Shown piece by piece: positions 1 to 10,101 of a stretch of DNA of 48,612 nt. The DNA lies in NCBI GenBank assembly GCA_043823435.1, contig JBDRAV010000015.1, positions 1-48,612 of the forward strand, read 5' to 3'. The DNA is from Candidatus Omnitrophota bacterium. GTDB lineage: Bacteria; Omnitrophota; Gorgyraeia; Gygaellales; Profunditerraquicolaceae. The position numbers were made by a program, and so were the translations under genes. Below the pieces are notes generated by a model. It saw only the letters and a list, made by a program, of their open reading frames with translations. It searched no databases and was not told where the DNA came from. Position 1 is the stretch's first letter, and the number at the start of each line of letters is the position of its first letter.

Positions 1-623
1 GCCTTACGCCAATTTTCATAACGCTCGGTTGAATAAAAAAGAAATGGGCCGTTGGGATAGGTAGCAGTTGAGGCTTCAAAATCCGGGATGAAGAGGAATT
101 GCAGGTTAGAGTTAAGCTTCGGGGCATAATTAATATTCGCCATCCATAAGGGAATGCGCATATCCACAAAATCCTGCAGCCAGTATTCGGTCAAATCTAC
201 AGGGTTGACTCTATCTAAGATCGTGATCCCGTCTGCCTGGCCCCAGGCCACCTGTTGTTTACCCATCCTCAAGAACCACGGACCATTCGTATAGTCTAAA
301 TAGCAATCCCTGAGCCAGTCCGTACGCTGCACATGACCCTGATAATGCTGGCCGTCGTCATATTTATCCCTGAAGCCATACACGGAGTCATACCAGTATC
401 TTGCCTTGGCAAAGAACACCAGGTCCTTATCAAACACGTATTCGCCGGAAAGCTGGGCAATATTTTTGAATTTTGTAAGGTCGCTATTAAAATCCTGTAT
501 CCGTATTGAGGACTCATTCTTTATGTAACCGGCGAGCGTAAGATTATCTTTGAGATCGCCGGCAAATACAAAGGAATGGCACAAAAGTATCGTTATAAAA
601 ATAGGTAAAAATCTTCTCAACAT
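1..623 (-). CDS. DUF1302-like outer-membrane beta-barrel protein (runs off the left edge; C-terminus missing)
   Basis: Not in the ORF track. Manual translation from ATG at 623 (strong GGAGG SD) gives MLRRFLPIFITILLCHSFVFAG...LRDCYLDY...LRMGKQQVAWGQADG...DRVNPVD...RIPLWM: signal peptide plus the GKQQVxWG motif. Context next to LolA-like and MMPL genes fits. Confidence 0.75.
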   Translation of the reverse strand, partial: MLRRFLPIFITILLCHSFVFAGDLKDNLTLAGYIKNESSIRIQDFNSDLTKFKNIAQLSGEYVFDKDLVFFAKARYWYDSVYGFRDKYDDGQHYQGHVQRTDWLRDCYLDYTNGPWFLRMGKQQVAWGQADGITILDRVNPVDLTEYWLQDFVDMRIPLWMANINYAPKLNSNLQFLFIPDFEASTATYPNGPFLFYSTERYENWRK

Positions 624-643
624 TTTCCTCCTCCCTCCTTTCT

Positions 644-1528
644 TTACCAGCGTGAACGGCTAAGAGCCGTTTCGGTAAATTCTTCTTCGGATATACCCTG
701 GTTTATCTTTACGGTCTCGTTGATTATCTCTGTGGTATGCCCGGACCTTAAGTTTTTACCCTCTAAGTATATCTGGATAGGGAATTCTTTTCCGCTTACG
801 TCGTAAACCCGATGCTCCCGGAAGAGGGTCTGGAACTTATTTCCGTTGGCGTCAAATTTCTCTTCATAAATATTGGTGCCATATTCTTTATCCACCCACA
901 CGAGCCTCTTGGCATAATACCAATTAGCTCTTTTGGGGGTTGCTTCGATCACATAGCAGGGCGTATCTTTATAGTAGGTCTTCTTCATAAAATCTGAGGT
1001 GTAGCCGGAGAAACTATCCTCCTTCACCAATTTATAGCTCTCATCCTCAAAACGGCGTGTGCTGATATCTTCAACCGTAAAATCAGACCCTAAGAATGAA
1101 TCGTCCGATTGTGAAGCGGAAACTTTCCTGATCTTCTTCAGCGACGGGAGCCACAGCCACACGTCCTGATCCCTCTGGGGATTAAGATATGTCCAACTGA
1201 GGCTACTCAAACCTTTTACCTGGGTAGGGCCGGTAAAAACGGTCAAGTCCTTATAGGCTATGCCGTCAGATTTTCTGCCCAGGTTAATCCTTTTACGTGC
1301 CGTGGATCTTTCTCTGGTAGACCCGGATCTGTCAACAAAGTATGCCTTGCCCGTATACTGGACATCATGGGCAAAAAGGGTATACTTATTGAAATACATT
1401 ATTCTCATAATATCATCCGCGCTCATGCCTGCCTTGGGCGTATAAACATTGAAATACTCCAATTCCGCTGCGAATGCGTAGCCCGCAAGAAGAGCGATTG
1501 CTGCGATCAAAAACGCAATTTTCTTCAT
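644..1528 (-). CDS. Outer-membrane lipoprotein-sorting protein (LolA-like/DUF1329-related)
   Basis: Signal peptide; motif WLWLPSLKKIRKVS...SFLGSDFTVED. Confidence 0.8.
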   Translation of the reverse strand: MKKIAFLIAAIALLAGYAFAAELEYFNVYTPKAGMSADDIMRIMYFNKYTLFAHDVQYTGKAYFVDRSGSTRERSTARKRINLGRKSDGIAYKDLTVFTGPTQVKGLSSLSWTYLNPQRDQDVWLWLPSLKKIRKVSASQSDDSFLGSDFTVEDISTRRFEDESYKLVKEDSFSGYTSDFMKKTYYKDTPCYVIEATPKRANWYYAKRLVWVDKEYGTNIYEEKFDANGNKFQTLFREHRVYDVSGKEFPIQIYLEGKNLRSGHTTEIINETVKINQGISEEEFTETALSRSRW

Positions 1529-1550
1529 CTCCTCCTCCTCCTCCTTCCTT

Positions 1551-3884
1551 CTATCTTGTTAAAAACTTTGGTTTAAGTGTCATAATCATCGCCGGCAGGA
1601 CCCCCAGTGTTCCTATGGCATTAAAAAATATGAAGAACGCCAATAGCGCCCCTAACCTCGCCTGCAGAAGTATGCTGGAAAAGATCCAGGTAGCTATACC
1701 GATGGTCAGGGTAATACCGGTGAAGAAGACTGCTTTGCCCGACGATGACATTGTCTCGATAAGCGCGTCTTTTAATTCTATCTTGCCACCTCCTTCCTTT
1801 AATTCGTCTTTTATGCGTGATACGATATAGATACCGAAGTCGTCGCCGAAGCCGATCCCTAATGCCACCACGGGGATCATCTCCTGCGTAAGGCTTACGT
1901 TTAAGAAACCTAATATTCCGAACACGAGTAGAGTCCTGAACAATAACGGTATCATTAACAGCCACCCCGAAACCAGCGACCCGTAGGCGAAGACAAGGCA
2001 TAAAAAGACCAGGGCCGCAGTAAGGAGCGAATTCGCCGAGAGCATGGTAGCCACGATCTGATTGACGGCGGCGAGCATCCCGATAGTCCCTCCGGCATAA
2101 TAAAAGTCCGCCTCTTTCGTCTTGTGGTTTGCCTTGATCCAATCCTCCGTCTTCCCGATCACATTATTCATAGTTGATGCCTTATGATCCTTAAGGTCCA
2201 CCTTGATGTTAGCGTATTTATAATTAAAGTTAACCACCGGGTCAAAATCACCCGGGAATCCGGTCAAAGAATATAAAAACAGGTATTCGGCGATAGTCTG
2301 GTCATTATCGGGGATCTTGAATTCCCGGGGGTCACCCGCGAACATAGCCATATTCATCCCTTTTATATATTCTACCAGCGAAAGGCTGCGGCCAACGCCG
2401 TCCACTTCTTTTTCCAGATAACGCTGCAGGCTGTCCATTTCCCTCAGGACCGTATTATTCAAAAACGCATCCTGCCCTTTTCCTTCCACAAATATGTAGT
2501 AAGGATCGGTAGTGGCAAAATGCTCACTGATAAACCCTTCTGCCCGGTTATAAGGGCTATTTCCGTAAAGCAGAGAGGACCCCGGTTTCTTATCTCCGAC
2601 CTCAAGCCTGCTCATCCCCAATACGGCGATCCCCGTTAACAGAAAGAAACCTGCAATGGTCATCCAGCGCGACCTCCTGTTCACCGCTAACCTGGCAAAA
2701 TACCCGAGTATTCTATTAGTGAGCGTGGTCCTCTCTTCTTTGATAACCTCCAGGCGCCTGGGAGGGGCCATGAAAGACAGCATATTAGGGACTAAAATAA
2801 CCGTGCTGAAAAACACGCTTAATATCCCGAAGCCTATGGCGATGGCAAGGCTCCTGACCATTCCCAGCGGGACTATCAGTAACGCAAAAGGCGCAATACC
2901 GTCGGTAAGCAAACCTGTAAAGGCCGGGATGAACAGAGAATGGGTAATATTTATGGCTGCGGCCTTGGAATTACGTTTATGTTTACTCATATATTCATAA
3001 TAACGCTTGATAAACTGTACGGAGTGGCTTACCCCCAGGGCAAAGACTAAGAATGGCGCGAGCACAGTGGAAGGTGTAAGTTTATATCCAAAAAGAACGG
3101 TCATCCCTAATCCCCAGAGTGTAGCCATCCCCGCAGACATCAAAGGAAGCATGACCCCGCGCTTGGACTTGAATACATTGTATAAAACAAGTGCCACCAC
3201 CAGCAAGGTAACCAGAAAAAGGCTGCTCATGCGCGGCAGATAAAAATCGAGCCAACCCTGGAGAACGGGCTGGCCCGTAATATAAATATTATGGTTTTTA
3301 TCCTCGTATTGCTTCTTTATATCCTGTAAGACATTAAAGATCTTTCTTGCCGAAATATCGGATTCAAAATCTGCCTGAATTAGCGTCGCCTTAAAGTCCT
3401 TTGATACGATGGGACCCAGCACAAGGGGGCTCCTTTTAATCTTATACTCAAGCCTCTTAATCTCTTCCGGCGTCCTGGGCGGGTCATGCATCATCCATTC
3501 CGTAACGAAACCTTCTTCGTTGGCTTCAATGTATTTTACTTTACGGGCTGAAAGGGAAACGACCCTCGCCGCATTTATGCCTTCAGTCAGGTAAAGTTGA
3601 TTGGTGATCCGCCAGACCTTATCCAGGGTAACCGGGTTAAGGACAGTGCCGTCTTTCGCTTCTAAGGCGATAGAGACCTGATTAAGTCCGCCAAAGATCT
3701 CGTTGAGCCTCTTCTGGATCTTAAGGTAAGGGTGTTTTAAGGGATAAAAATCCCCGAGGTTTGTCTCAAAACTAAGGTTCTTTAATTGATAGGCAAAAAA
3801 GAGGCTGATGATAAGGCATAAGCCCAGAAAACCGTACCTGTACCTTATCAACCCGTGACTAAACCAATTCAGGAACTTATTCAT
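1551..3884 (-). CDS. MMPL/RND-family transporter
   Basis: Two repeats of TM + periplasmic domain + 5 TM; GIGFGDDFGIY and SSGKAVFFTG motifs. Confidence 0.85.
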   Translation of the reverse strand: MNKFLNWFSHGLIRYRYGFLGLCLIISLFFAYQLKNLSFETNLGDFYPLKHPYLKIQKRLNEIFGGLNQVSIALEAKDGTVLNPVTLDKVWRITNQLYLTEGINAARVVSLSARKVKYIEANEEGFVTEWMMHDPPRTPEEIKRLEYKIKRSPLVLGPIVSKDFKATLIQADFESDISARKIFNVLQDIKKQYEDKNHNIYITGQPVLQGWLDFYLPRMSSLFLVTLLVVALVLYNVFKSKRGVMLPLMSAGMATLWGLGMTVLFGYKLTPSTVLAPFLVFALGVSHSVQFIKRYYEYMSKHKRNSKAAAINITHSLFIPAFTGLLTDGIAPFALLIVPLGMVRSLAIAIGFGILSVFFSTVILVPNMLSFMAPPRRLEVIKEERTTLTNRILGYFARLAVNRRSRWMTIAGFFLLTGIAVLGMSRLEVGDKKPGSSLLYGNSPYNRAEGFISEHFATTDPYYIFVEGKGQDAFLNNTVLREMDSLQRYLEKEVDGVGRSLSLVEYIKGMNMAMFAGDPREFKIPDNDQTIAEYLFLYSLTGFPGDFDPVVNFNYKYANIKVDLKDHKASTMNNVIGKTEDWIKANHKTKEADFYYAGGTIGMLAAVNQIVATMLSANSLLTAALVFLCLVFAYGSLVSGWLLMIPLLFRTLLVFGILGFLNVSLTQEMIPVVALGIGFGDDFGIYIVSRIKDELKEGGGKIELKDALIETMSSSGKAVFFTGITLTIGIATWIFSSILLQARLGALLAFFIFFNAIGTLGVLPAMIMTLKPKFLTR

Positions 3885-5382
3885 TCTGGCTCTTTCTCAG
3901 TTTTTCTTTATCAATCTTTCCGGCACTGTTTTTGGGAAGGACCGGTACAAATTCAAAGTGATGGGGAACCTTAAAATGCGCCAGCTGCCCGCGGCAGAAG
4001 TAACGTAAATCTTCTTTGGTAAGCCTGCTGTCATCTTTTAAAACCACAAATGCCTTGGGTACCTCACCGCGTAATTTATCGGGTATACCTATAGTTGCCG
4101 CTTCCGCTACCTCCGGATGTTTATGCAAGACAGCCTCTACTTCCGGCTCAAAGACGATCTCGCCGCCCACCTTTATCATCTCTTTTTTTCTGCCTGCAAT
4201 ATAAATAAAACCTTCACTGTCAAGCCTTCCCAGGTCTCCGGTATGGAACCAGCCGTTACGCATGGCGTAAGCGGTAGCCTCCGGATCCTTATAATAGCCG
4301 TCGGTAACTACCCAACCCCGCACCACTATCTCGCCTATGCCGCCATGAGGGGCTTCTTTATCATTTTCATCAAATATCTTTACCTCTATCCATGGGGCAG
4401 GCCTGCCTACGCTCTCCAGTTTATCTGAACCCATAGGAATAACGGTAGTAGGCGCATTGGTCTCGGTCAGACCCCAGCCATTCAGAAAATGCGCCTGTGG
4501 GCAATACTGATGAAACCTGCGCAGGGCATCGGAAGAGCTGGCTGCGCCAAAACTGACTATCCAGCGCAGGCTGGAAAGATCCAAATCTTCAAATTCCTTT
4601 AATTGCAAAAGTGCATAATACATAGAAGGCACAATCCACAGGCAGGTAACGCGGTATCTCTGAATATTCTTTAAGAACTCTAAAGGCGTAAAACGCTCCA
4701 TCAATATCATGGTCAGGGCAAAGGCGATATTGTTCTGCAGGTAAACCAACCCCCCCAAATGCGACAGGGGGAGCGCGCATAAAATAATGTCGTCCTCCTT
4801 AAAATCTACAAAATACTTCATCGCCTCAGCCGGCGCTCCCAGCTGCAGATAGTTCACCAAGACGCCTTTTGGTTTACCCGTAGTACCGGAAGTATAAAAG
4901 ATGATCGCGTAATCCCTGTTATCTATCAGCGTATCAGGGGCACTTTTCTTACCTTTCTTGAACAACTCCTCAAAGGATAAGAAAGGCCCTGACCCCTGAG
5001 AGACAACGATATTCTTCAGGCCAGGGCAGCGCTCTTCAATGGAAGATAAAGAAAGCGAGGACCTGGGTTTGGCGATCAATGTCCTGGCCTGCGAGTGAGT
5101 AATACAGGAGACCAGCTCCTCCTCCGTGAGCATAAAATCCAGAGGAACGACGGTCAACCCCAGGCACCACGCAGCCAGGTAACTGTAAACATATTCGGGG
5201 GAATTGGGAAGATAAATAGCAATTTTATCCTGCCTCTTTATCCCTAAGCCTTTCAGGCCATCTGAGAGCTGAAAGACGATATCCCTTAACCGGGAAAAAG
5301 ATATGGTAAGGTTTTGAAAGACTAAGGCGGGCTTATCCGGATTAACTTTAGCCTGATTTTCCAGAATCCTAGCTACATCCAT
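3877..5382 (-). CDS. Long-chain fatty acid--CoA ligase (adenylate-forming family)
   Basis: YTSGTTGKPKG, WGLTE, WFHTGDLG and PKNSAGKI motifs. Start moved to MDVARIL (5382), downstream of the promoter and operator. Confidence 0.88.
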   Translation of the reverse strand: MDVARILENQAKVNPDKPALVFQNLTISFSRLRDIVFQLSDGLKGLGIKRQDKIAIYLPNSPEYVYSYLAAWCLGLTVVPLDFMLTEEELVSCITHSQARTLIAKPRSSLSLSSIEERCPGLKNIVVSQGSGPFLSFEELFKKGKKSAPDTLIDNRDYAIIFYTSGTTGKPKGVLVNYLQLGAPAEAMKYFVDFKEDDIILCALPLSHLGGLVYLQNNIAFALTMILMERFTPLEFLKNIQRYRVTCLWIVPSMYYALLQLKEFEDLDLSSLRWIVSFGAASSSDALRRFHQYCPQAHFLNGWGLTETNAPTTVIPMGSDKLESVGRPAPWIEVKIFDENDKEAPHGGIGEIVVRGWVVTDGYYKDPEATAYAMRNGWFHTGDLGRLDSEGFIYIAGRKKEMIKVGGEIVFEPEVEAVLHKHPEVAEAATIGIPDKLRGEVPKAFVVLKDDSRLTKEDLRYFCRGQLAHFKVPHHFEFVPVLPKNSAGKIDKEKLRKSQNE

Positions 5383-5422
5383 ATTCTTAACGTGCTCAAA
5401 GACTCCAAAAGGAAGGTTGAAA

Positions 5423-5442
5423 TATAGTAAAATTTTACTATA
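5423..5442. promoter_or_regulatory. Perfect 20-bp palindrome, likely repressor operator
   Basis: TATAGTAAAATTTTACTATA lies just downstream of the predicted -10 box of the ligase operon. Confidence 0.6.
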
Positions 5443-5455
5443 CAAATTTTTATAT

Positions 5456-5485
5456 ATTATATACGAAAAAAACGGAAGGTGTCAA
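5456..5485 (-). promoter_or_regulatory. Sigma70-type promoter of the acyl-CoA ligase/MMPL operon
   Basis: TTGACA-18 nt-TATAAT on the minus strand. Confidence 0.7.
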
Positions 5486-5544
5486 TGATTTTTTTTAGGT
5501 ATAAAAGTCGAAGATATTGCGCGGGTTAGGTTATTTCTTAAAGA

Positions 5545-6759
5545 TTATAAATAGACTATGTCTTCCTGATGATACAACGAAAGGAAGAGTAACATATAAT
5601 CCCTCAGGTGCCGCGTAAGCAGGAAGTTACTCTTTATATGCTCCCTGCCGTTTTCACCAAGTTTCTTCGCATACGCTGGGCTGTTCAAGAGCTGCTTTAT
5701 GGCAAAGGCAGTTCCTTCTACTGAATGGCAGAGGAGACCGGAATATTTGTGTTTTATCTGCAGGGGTATCCCCCCGACATTAGAGGCGACCGTTGGTTTC
5801 CCTTTCCAGAGCGCTTCCGCAACAGTTAAGCCAAACCCCTCCTTAAGAGACTTCTGGATGATCACGTCAGAGGCCCTCTGCAGGGCATTGACTGCTATGT
5901 CATCCTGCGGTAGCAGTAAAATATGTATATCTTTATCCTGGCGCGATTTCTCTTTTATTTCTTCAAGTACCGTTAACCCTTCAGGGTCATCCGCTGCCGT
6001 ACCACCTGCCAGGATCAAACGGCAATCAATATATCTCTTTACCTGTTTATATGCCTCTATAACACCCATGGGGTCCTTAAGGCGGTCAAAACGCGATATT
6101 TGTGTCAATATGGGCTTATCTTTAGGGATAGCGTATTTCTTTAAAACCGCGTCTATTGTCTCGCTAGGCAACTCCTTATTCTTATCGCTCAAAGGGTCTA
6201 TGGAAGGAGAGATCAGGAACTGTCTGATTGATAATCTCGGGGAAAAACTCGGTGCCGAAAAGACCGCGGAATCGTATTTGGCAATAAAATCCATCAGGAA
6301 CTGCCAGACCCTCTGGTTAGGACTGGATACATCTATGTGGCAGCGCCAGACCCATTTATTTTCCGATTTTTTCTTTACTAACGCAATCGGCTGGGGGTCA
6401 TGGATAAAAACAATATCGCTTGAGGTATTTAGTTCTTCGATGTTGCGCTGGCTTGTTTCTATGAAGATGTCGAAATCGTGCCGGCCTATATCTTCCCGCC
6501 TTCCGTGCAGGGCATTGTGGAACTTCTTAGTTACATCAAAGAACTGCTCCCCTCCTTTTATTACATCCCAGCGGCTATCCACTCCCAATTCTTTTAATAG
6601 AGGATTCATACGGCTCAATATCTCCGCTACCCCTCCCCCTACCGGAGTTGAATTAATATGCTGTATGGATTTCCCCTTTAATTTCTCAGCGATGAGCCGC
6701 ATGTCATTTATCACGGATTCGCCTACTATAGGGATATATTCTTCTATATTATTTGCCAT
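5545..6759 (-). CDS. treT: Trehalose synthase TreT-like GT4 glycosyltransferase
   Basis: HINSTPVGGGVAEIL, FIHDPQP, WRCHID, SRFDRLKDP and EGFGLTVAEALWK motifs. Confidence 0.85.
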   Translation of the reverse strand: MANNIEEYIPIVGESVINDMRLIAEKLKGKSIQHINSTPVGGGVAEILSRMNPLLKELGVDSRWDVIKGGEQFFDVTKKFHNALHGRREDIGRHDFDIFIETSQRNIEELNTSSDIVFIHDPQPIALVKKKSENKWVWRCHIDVSSPNQRVWQFLMDFIAKYDSAVFSAPSFSPRLSIRQFLISPSIDPLSDKNKELPSETIDAVLKKYAIPKDKPILTQISRFDRLKDPMGVIEAYKQVKRYIDCRLILAGGTAADDPEGLTVLEEIKEKSRQDKDIHILLLPQDDIAVNALQRASDVIIQKSLKEGFGLTVAEALWKGKPTVASNVGGIPLQIKHKYSGLLCHSVEGTAFAIKQLLNSPAYAKKLGENGREHIKSNFLLTRHLRDYMLLFLSLYHQEDIVYL

Positions 6760-6760
6760 A

Positions 6761-7432
6761 TTAATTCTTAATCCTTTTCATGATTATCTTGAGGAGTACA
6801 TTCCTTAATTCTTCCAGGGTATAGGTATACGGGTCAAGCCTTGAAATCTCTTCCGCTAATTCGGTATACCCCAGAGATGTCCCTATCCAGTTAGAAAAAT
6901 CATTATTGCCTCTTTCAAGCCTCAGGCGCGACTCAAAGATATGAAAATAGATGGAATCTATGGTGATCTTTTTTAATACCTCGCAGAATTCTTTCAGGTC
7001 ATTGACAACATAGTTCGTGGGTATGACGAAGCTTACTGATTTCATGAAATAGAACTCTTCACTGTTCTTTGTGAATTTAAGCGTTGCCAGGGGGTTAGCT
7101 TTCAGGTAATCCTCGATCGTATCTACTATCTTCTTCCTCAAGTCGCGTATTGTAGAGAACTGGATAGTATCGATACTCGCGAGTTGCTCCGCGAGCTCAT
7201 CCTCTGCGAGCATCTGGCTTACCCAGTAGGCAAAATCATTGGGCGGCTCCGGGGAAAGATACTGATGCTGCTGTAGAAACCTGTGGGTGTGATGATAGAT
7301 ACATGAACCCGGGACTGTTTTAATAAATTCCAACAGCTGGGTTAAAGTAGTGGCCCTTAAACCCGTTAATTCGGATAAGTGCAGCCTGGTAAAGAATCTA
7401 AACTGATATTTGGCTTCTTTTAATTCAGGCAT
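6761..7432 (-). CDS. DUF5752-family protein (TreT-associated, internally duplicated)
   Basis: Two repeats (SCIYHH...NDFAYWV / SIYFH...NDFSNWI). Start MPELKE overlaps the otsB stop. Confidence 0.75.
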   Translation of the reverse strand: MPELKEAKYQFRFFTRLHLSELTGLRATTLTQLLEFIKTVPGSCIYHHTHRFLQQHQYLSPEPPNDFAYWVSQMLAEDELAEQLASIDTIQFSTIRDLRKKIVDTIEDYLKANPLATLKFTKNSEEFYFMKSVSFVIPTNYVVNDLKEFCEVLKKITIDSIYFHIFESRLRLERGNNDFSNWIGTSLGYTELAEEISRLDPYTYTLEELRNVLLKIIMKRIKN

Positions 7433-8297
7433 TATTTTTTTTATTCTTGGCCGCCAGGATCCTGTTGAGTAATTCGAAGGCCTCCTTGGTATCTTCAAGA
7501 TAATACCTGGCGTGCGATTGTCTGGTGGGAGTGCCGACAAATACGGTCAGCCCCTTATTTTTTAGCACCTCAAAAGCATCTTCGTCGGTAAGATCGTCTC
7601 CTATATATAAAGGCAGAATCTTCTCTTCCCCCCGGCTCACCTGTTGCCTTGCCAGAAGCCAGAGGACGATCTTGCCCTTATCCCATTCTATAGGCGGCCT
7701 GACCTCAAGCACCTTTTTCCCCAGCCCCACCTTGATATTATTCTTCAACAAATACGATATTGTCGCTTCGCGGAATGAATCTTTTATAAAAGGGATATCT
7801 TTTTCTTTGGCGAGCCGAAAATGAAAAGAAAGAGAAAAAACCTTATTTTCCACAAAGACCCCTTCCACTGAAACAAACTTCTCTTTAAGTTTTGTTTCGA
7901 TATTCTGTAATATCCTCTGGTACCTGGCAGAAACGCTATGCCTGAATTTAATCTTGGGCCCTTCTATCTCCAGGCCGTGATTCCCGGAATAAATTATGCC
8001 TTTTATCCCGACCATCTTTTTAATATCTTCCAGGCTCCTGCCGCTTATAACTGCCACTTTACAGTCCGGCCTCCGCGATAAACCCTCTAAAACACTCTTT
8101 GTTTTCAGAGGAATATTCGCATCCTTAGGCTTATCTGCTATGGGGGTGAGCGTTCCGTCGTAATCTAAAAAGAGCATGATATACTTGTCGCTCAGTTCTT
8201 TTTTAAGCTTATCCCAATCTTTAAAAATATGCTTCATTATTTTTAACGGATATTTAGGTACGACCTTCCCGTCCGGCCTTATTTCTTCTAAGCGCAT
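7425..8297 (-). CDS. otsB: Trehalose-6-phosphate phosphatase (HAD family)
   Basis: FLDYDGTL, ISGR, GNHG, WDKG and YIGDDLTDEDAF motifs. Alternative start at 8237. Confidence 0.9.
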   Translation of the reverse strand: MRLEEIRPDGKVVPKYPLKIMKHIFKDWDKLKKELSDKYIMLFLDYDGTLTPIADKPKDANIPLKTKSVLEGLSRRPDCKVAVISGRSLEDIKKMVGIKGIIYSGNHGLEIEGPKIKFRHSVSARYQRILQNIETKLKEKFVSVEGVFVENKVFSLSFHFRLAKEKDIPFIKDSFREATISYLLKNNIKVGLGKKVLEVRPPIEWDKGKIVLWLLARQQVSRGEEKILPLYIGDDLTDEDAFEVLKNKGLTVFVGTPTRQSHARYYLEDTKEAFELLNRILAAKNKKNNA

Positions 8298-8300
8298 CTA

Positions 8301-9779
8301 TCATTCCTTGAATTCAAACTTCAACAGTTCTGAGATTATCTTGCCTGCCCAGCGGAAGATATTGTTCTGCTGAATTATCTGGCGCATCCTTACCACGCGC
8401 TTCCTGCGCTCATCATCAGGCATGGTCATCGCGGCAAATATGCCTTCGCTGGATTGCTTGCGGTCATACGGATTGATCATCACGGCATCAGTCAATTCCC
8501 GGGCTGCGCCTGTAAACTGGCTTAAAACGAGCATGCCGCTCTCGTCTGAACGGCTGGATAAGAATTCCTTTGCCACAAGATTCATCCCGTCGTGCAGGGA
8601 ACTTACGATACAGATGTCTCCCAGCAGGTAAAAAGCCAGGAGTTCTGCAAAAGACAGGTGCCGCCTGACCAGTATAATGGGCTTCCAGCCCTCTGTAGAA
8701 TGCTTCCAGTTTATCTCTTCTACCAGCGCGTTTATCTCATCATTGAGGGATTTATATTTAGGTATATGAATACGGCTAATCTCTCCCATCTGCAGAAAGA
8801 CAAATTTTTCTTTCAGTTCGCTGTGGTCCTGGAGCAGAGAGTCAATGGCCAGGAGCCTCTCCGGGATACCCTTGGTATAATCGATGCGGTCAAGACCAAG
8901 CAGAACCTTAAGCCCGGAAAGACTGAACTCCTCAACCAAGGATTCCCGCGCTTTTGCCACAGTCTCTGAACCGGCAAGCTCATTGACGCCTTCAAAATCT
9001 ACGCTGATAGGATAAGGCCTGACCAGTGTTTCGTGGCTCTTACGGATTATGGAGAAACGTTCACGGTTAATCTTGCTTTCCAACTCACGGTCTATAGCAT
9101 CAAAGAAATTATCGCGGTGATAACGGATATGAAAACCCAGGAGGTCATTGGAGAGCAACCCTTCCAGTATCTCTTTCTTCTGCGGGCATATCCGGAAGGT
9201 CTCATAATTAGGCCAGGGTATATGCCAGAAATGGGCTATGATCAACTGGTTCGGGGCCATCTCTTTCAGAAATTTAGGCAGGAGGCAAAGGTGGTAATCC
9301 TGTATCCAGACAAAGGCCTTCCTGCCGGCTAATTCCTCTATTACCGCCCTGGCAAACTTCTGATTGACCTTCACGTAGTATTCCCAATCCTCTTCCCTGA
9401 ATGTCGGCCTCTGGAATGCCATATGGCATAAAGGCCAGAGCGCCTCATTTGAATACCCGTAATAATAACCGTTCTCCTCCTCTTTGGAGAGCCATATGCG
9501 TTTTAAAGTATATGAGGATTTATCAGGGGGTACCTTTATCTTGCCGTGCTCATCGCTAACCCTGTGGTCAGCCTCTCCGTTTCCGAAAGCGACCCAAGTA
9601 CCGTTACAGGCCTGCATAACAGGATCTAAAGCAGTGATGACGCCTCCGGCACCGCGCTGATATTCAATCTTGCCTTTTTTGAATATATGGATATAGGGCT
9701 GCCTGTTGGATACGACGACAAACATATAATCGCCCATCTTATCTTTAACCAGATTCTGCAGATCTTTCTTCGTCCACAT
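8301..9779 (-). CDS. otsA: Trehalose-6-phosphate synthase (GT20)
   Basis: VVSNRQP, WIQDYH, FWHIPWP, DRIDYTKG and DGMNLVAKE motifs. Confidence 0.92.
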   Translation of the reverse strand: MWTKKDLQNLVKDKMGDYMFVVVSNRQPYIHIFKKGKIEYQRGAGGVITALDPVMQACNGTWVAFGNGEADHRVSDEHGKIKVPPDKSSYTLKRIWLSKEEENGYYYGYSNEALWPLCHMAFQRPTFREEDWEYYVKVNQKFARAVIEELAGRKAFVWIQDYHLCLLPKFLKEMAPNQLIIAHFWHIPWPNYETFRICPQKKEILEGLLSNDLLGFHIRYHRDNFFDAIDRELESKINRERFSIIRKSHETLVRPYPISVDFEGVNELAGSETVAKARESLVEEFSLSGLKVLLGLDRIDYTKGIPERLLAIDSLLQDHSELKEKFVFLQMGEISRIHIPKYKSLNDEINALVEEINWKHSTEGWKPIILVRRHLSFAELLAFYLLGDICIVSSLHDGMNLVAKEFLSSRSDESGMLVLSQFTGAARELTDAVMINPYDRKQSSEGIFAAMTMPDDERRKRVVRMRQIIQQNNIFRWAGKIISELLKFEFKE

Positions 9780-9793
9780 ATCCTTATCCTTTT

Positions 9794-10096
9794 TTATCTC
9801 AAACGCATGCTTATTTCTATCAGCGTCCTTACCAGAAATGACTTCAGGAACATTATCCCCAGGAAAGCTATTATCGGAGAGATGTCTATACCGAAACGAA
9901 AACCTAATGGCAAAAACTTTCTTATCGGATAAAGTATAGGCTCCGTAGTCTTATATAAAAACTGCACCACGGGATTGTAAGGATCAGGGTTTACCCAGCT
10001 GATTAACGCGCGCACGAGTATAAGCCAATAGAGCATGGTCAGGGCGATATCCATGATCCTCGCCAAGGCAACCAAAAGATTGGATAAAACAAACAT
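9794..10096 (-). CDS. yggT: YggT-family membrane protein
   Basis: ISWVNPDPYNP...TEPIL...IDISPIIA motif. Confidence 0.88.
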   Translation of the reverse strand: MFVLSNLLVALARIMDIALTMLYWLILVRALISWVNPDPYNPVVQFLYKTTEPILYPIRKFLPLGFRFGIDISPIIAFLGIMFLKSFLVRTLIEISMRLR

Positions 10097-10101
10097 GCTA
10101 T

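Noticed and set aside
296-517. 73-aa minus-strand ORF in the track
   Set aside because: Out-of-frame overlap inside the DUF1302-like CDS (1-623).
1529-1550. (CTC)n purine/pyrimidine run
   Set aside because: Best explained as an extended GGAGG Shine-Dalgarno region; a similar run occurs at 627-640.
5699-6808. 369-aa plus-strand ORF
   Set aside because: Antisense shadow of treT; Ser/Ile-rich, no motifs, no SD.
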